Shown: positions 63,124-64,000 of the stretch, one piece after another
How the letters are laid out: each line of letters opens with the position of its first letter
How positions within the stretch are numbered: position 1 is the stretch's first letter
Assembly (NCBI RefSeq): GCF_018350175.1
Contig: NC_058368.1
Location: 184,700,001 to 184,764,000 of the forward strand
Source: Felis catus
Taxonomy: Eukaryota
Direction: 5' to 3'
DNA length: 64,000 bases
Made by a program: the position numbers and the translations under genes
Notes under the pieces: generated by a model
The model's database searches: none
Told to the model about the DNA's origin: nothing
What the model saw: the letters and a program-made list of their open reading frames with translations, nothing else

Positions 63124-64000
63124 CACCCTCTCTGAAGACCTTCCCATGCCAAACTGAGGCATCTGAAAACAAACATGGTGCTTCCAGAATCCAACCTCAG
63201 CCACCCTTCCCTCTGACACCAGAGCAACCAGTACACAGAAAAAGTGGGTTCTCCACGGGGACATCGAAAGCCAAGGAAAACAAGTGTATGGTCTCACATG
63301 ATAGGAGATACTCCTGAGCACATAAAATAAATGCTCAACTACTCCCTTCACATTTTATTAGATTCTCAATTGAAAATCACTTTTCAACCATTTTACAGGA
63401 AATGAAATGCATTTTTACCTCCATCTGGTGCCAAAATTAACAAAGTAGAAAATGCCGAGTAGTTTAGACCTGCCCAGCTTTAGTTCAGAATGGGCACTGG
63501 AGCACCCAGTGCCCTCCAGCCTTGGGGAAATGAGGCCTGTTTATTCCTGAACCATGAACCTCTGGTAGGACCAGCAGATAAAGAGAATCAAGAGCCCAAC
63601 CTGCTCCAGTCTCGTGAGATCTACTCTCCATTCTGAAGCCAAAGGCATCAGGAGATGGGCTAAGCTGACCATCTGTTCTTCTCTCTGATAATATGTAATT
63701 AAGTAATTTATTTATTCAGCACTTGAACCCCCTCCTCTCACCTCCCATTAGTCAGGGATGATTATGCCAGACCCAGCTGTAGGTAACATATTGCACACTC
63801 AGACAAGCTCTGTGCTACAAAGCACTCTGCTAGCCTCCTGGCTATCACCACCTCTCAGACCTGACCACAGGAGTAACTGCGCGAGGCTTGCTGCTCTGCT
63901 GGCTTTGCTTTCTTCCCCAACGCTTAGGCGCCACTTTCCTGCTGTGCATTAAACCATTTACTGTGCATATTTAATTCATTTGTTCAAAGATGAATTTACC

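Overview
This is AT-rich mammalian genomic DNA from a carnivore, almost certainly a felid: it carries about 27 tRNA-derived CanSINEs, several of the young felid SINEC_Fc type. It is intronic/intergenic and repeat-dominated. I cannot support any host protein-coding exon; the only recognisable peptides in the ORF track are broken LINE-1 ORF1/ORF2 pieces. Main contents: (1) a full-length but dead carnivore L1 (858-8216, minus) bounded by a 13-bp TSD, holding three nested SINEs and a locally templated copy of nearby DNA in its 3' UTR; (2) many ancient L1M, L2, MIR, MER5, MLT and LTR33 fragments; (3) a compact CpG/GC-box/E-box promoter-like element at about 32.6-32.95 kb, with minus-strand splice donors and two candidate non-coding exons downstream (gene not identifiable); (4) a 35-nt tailless U2 snRNA retropseudogene with a TSD; (5) several local tandem duplications. 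I found no evidence of a previously undescribed biological system. The most interesting observations are insertion/repair histories and a possible unannotated or alternative first exon. Repeat subfamily names and ancient-repeat boundaries are recalled by eye and are approximate.
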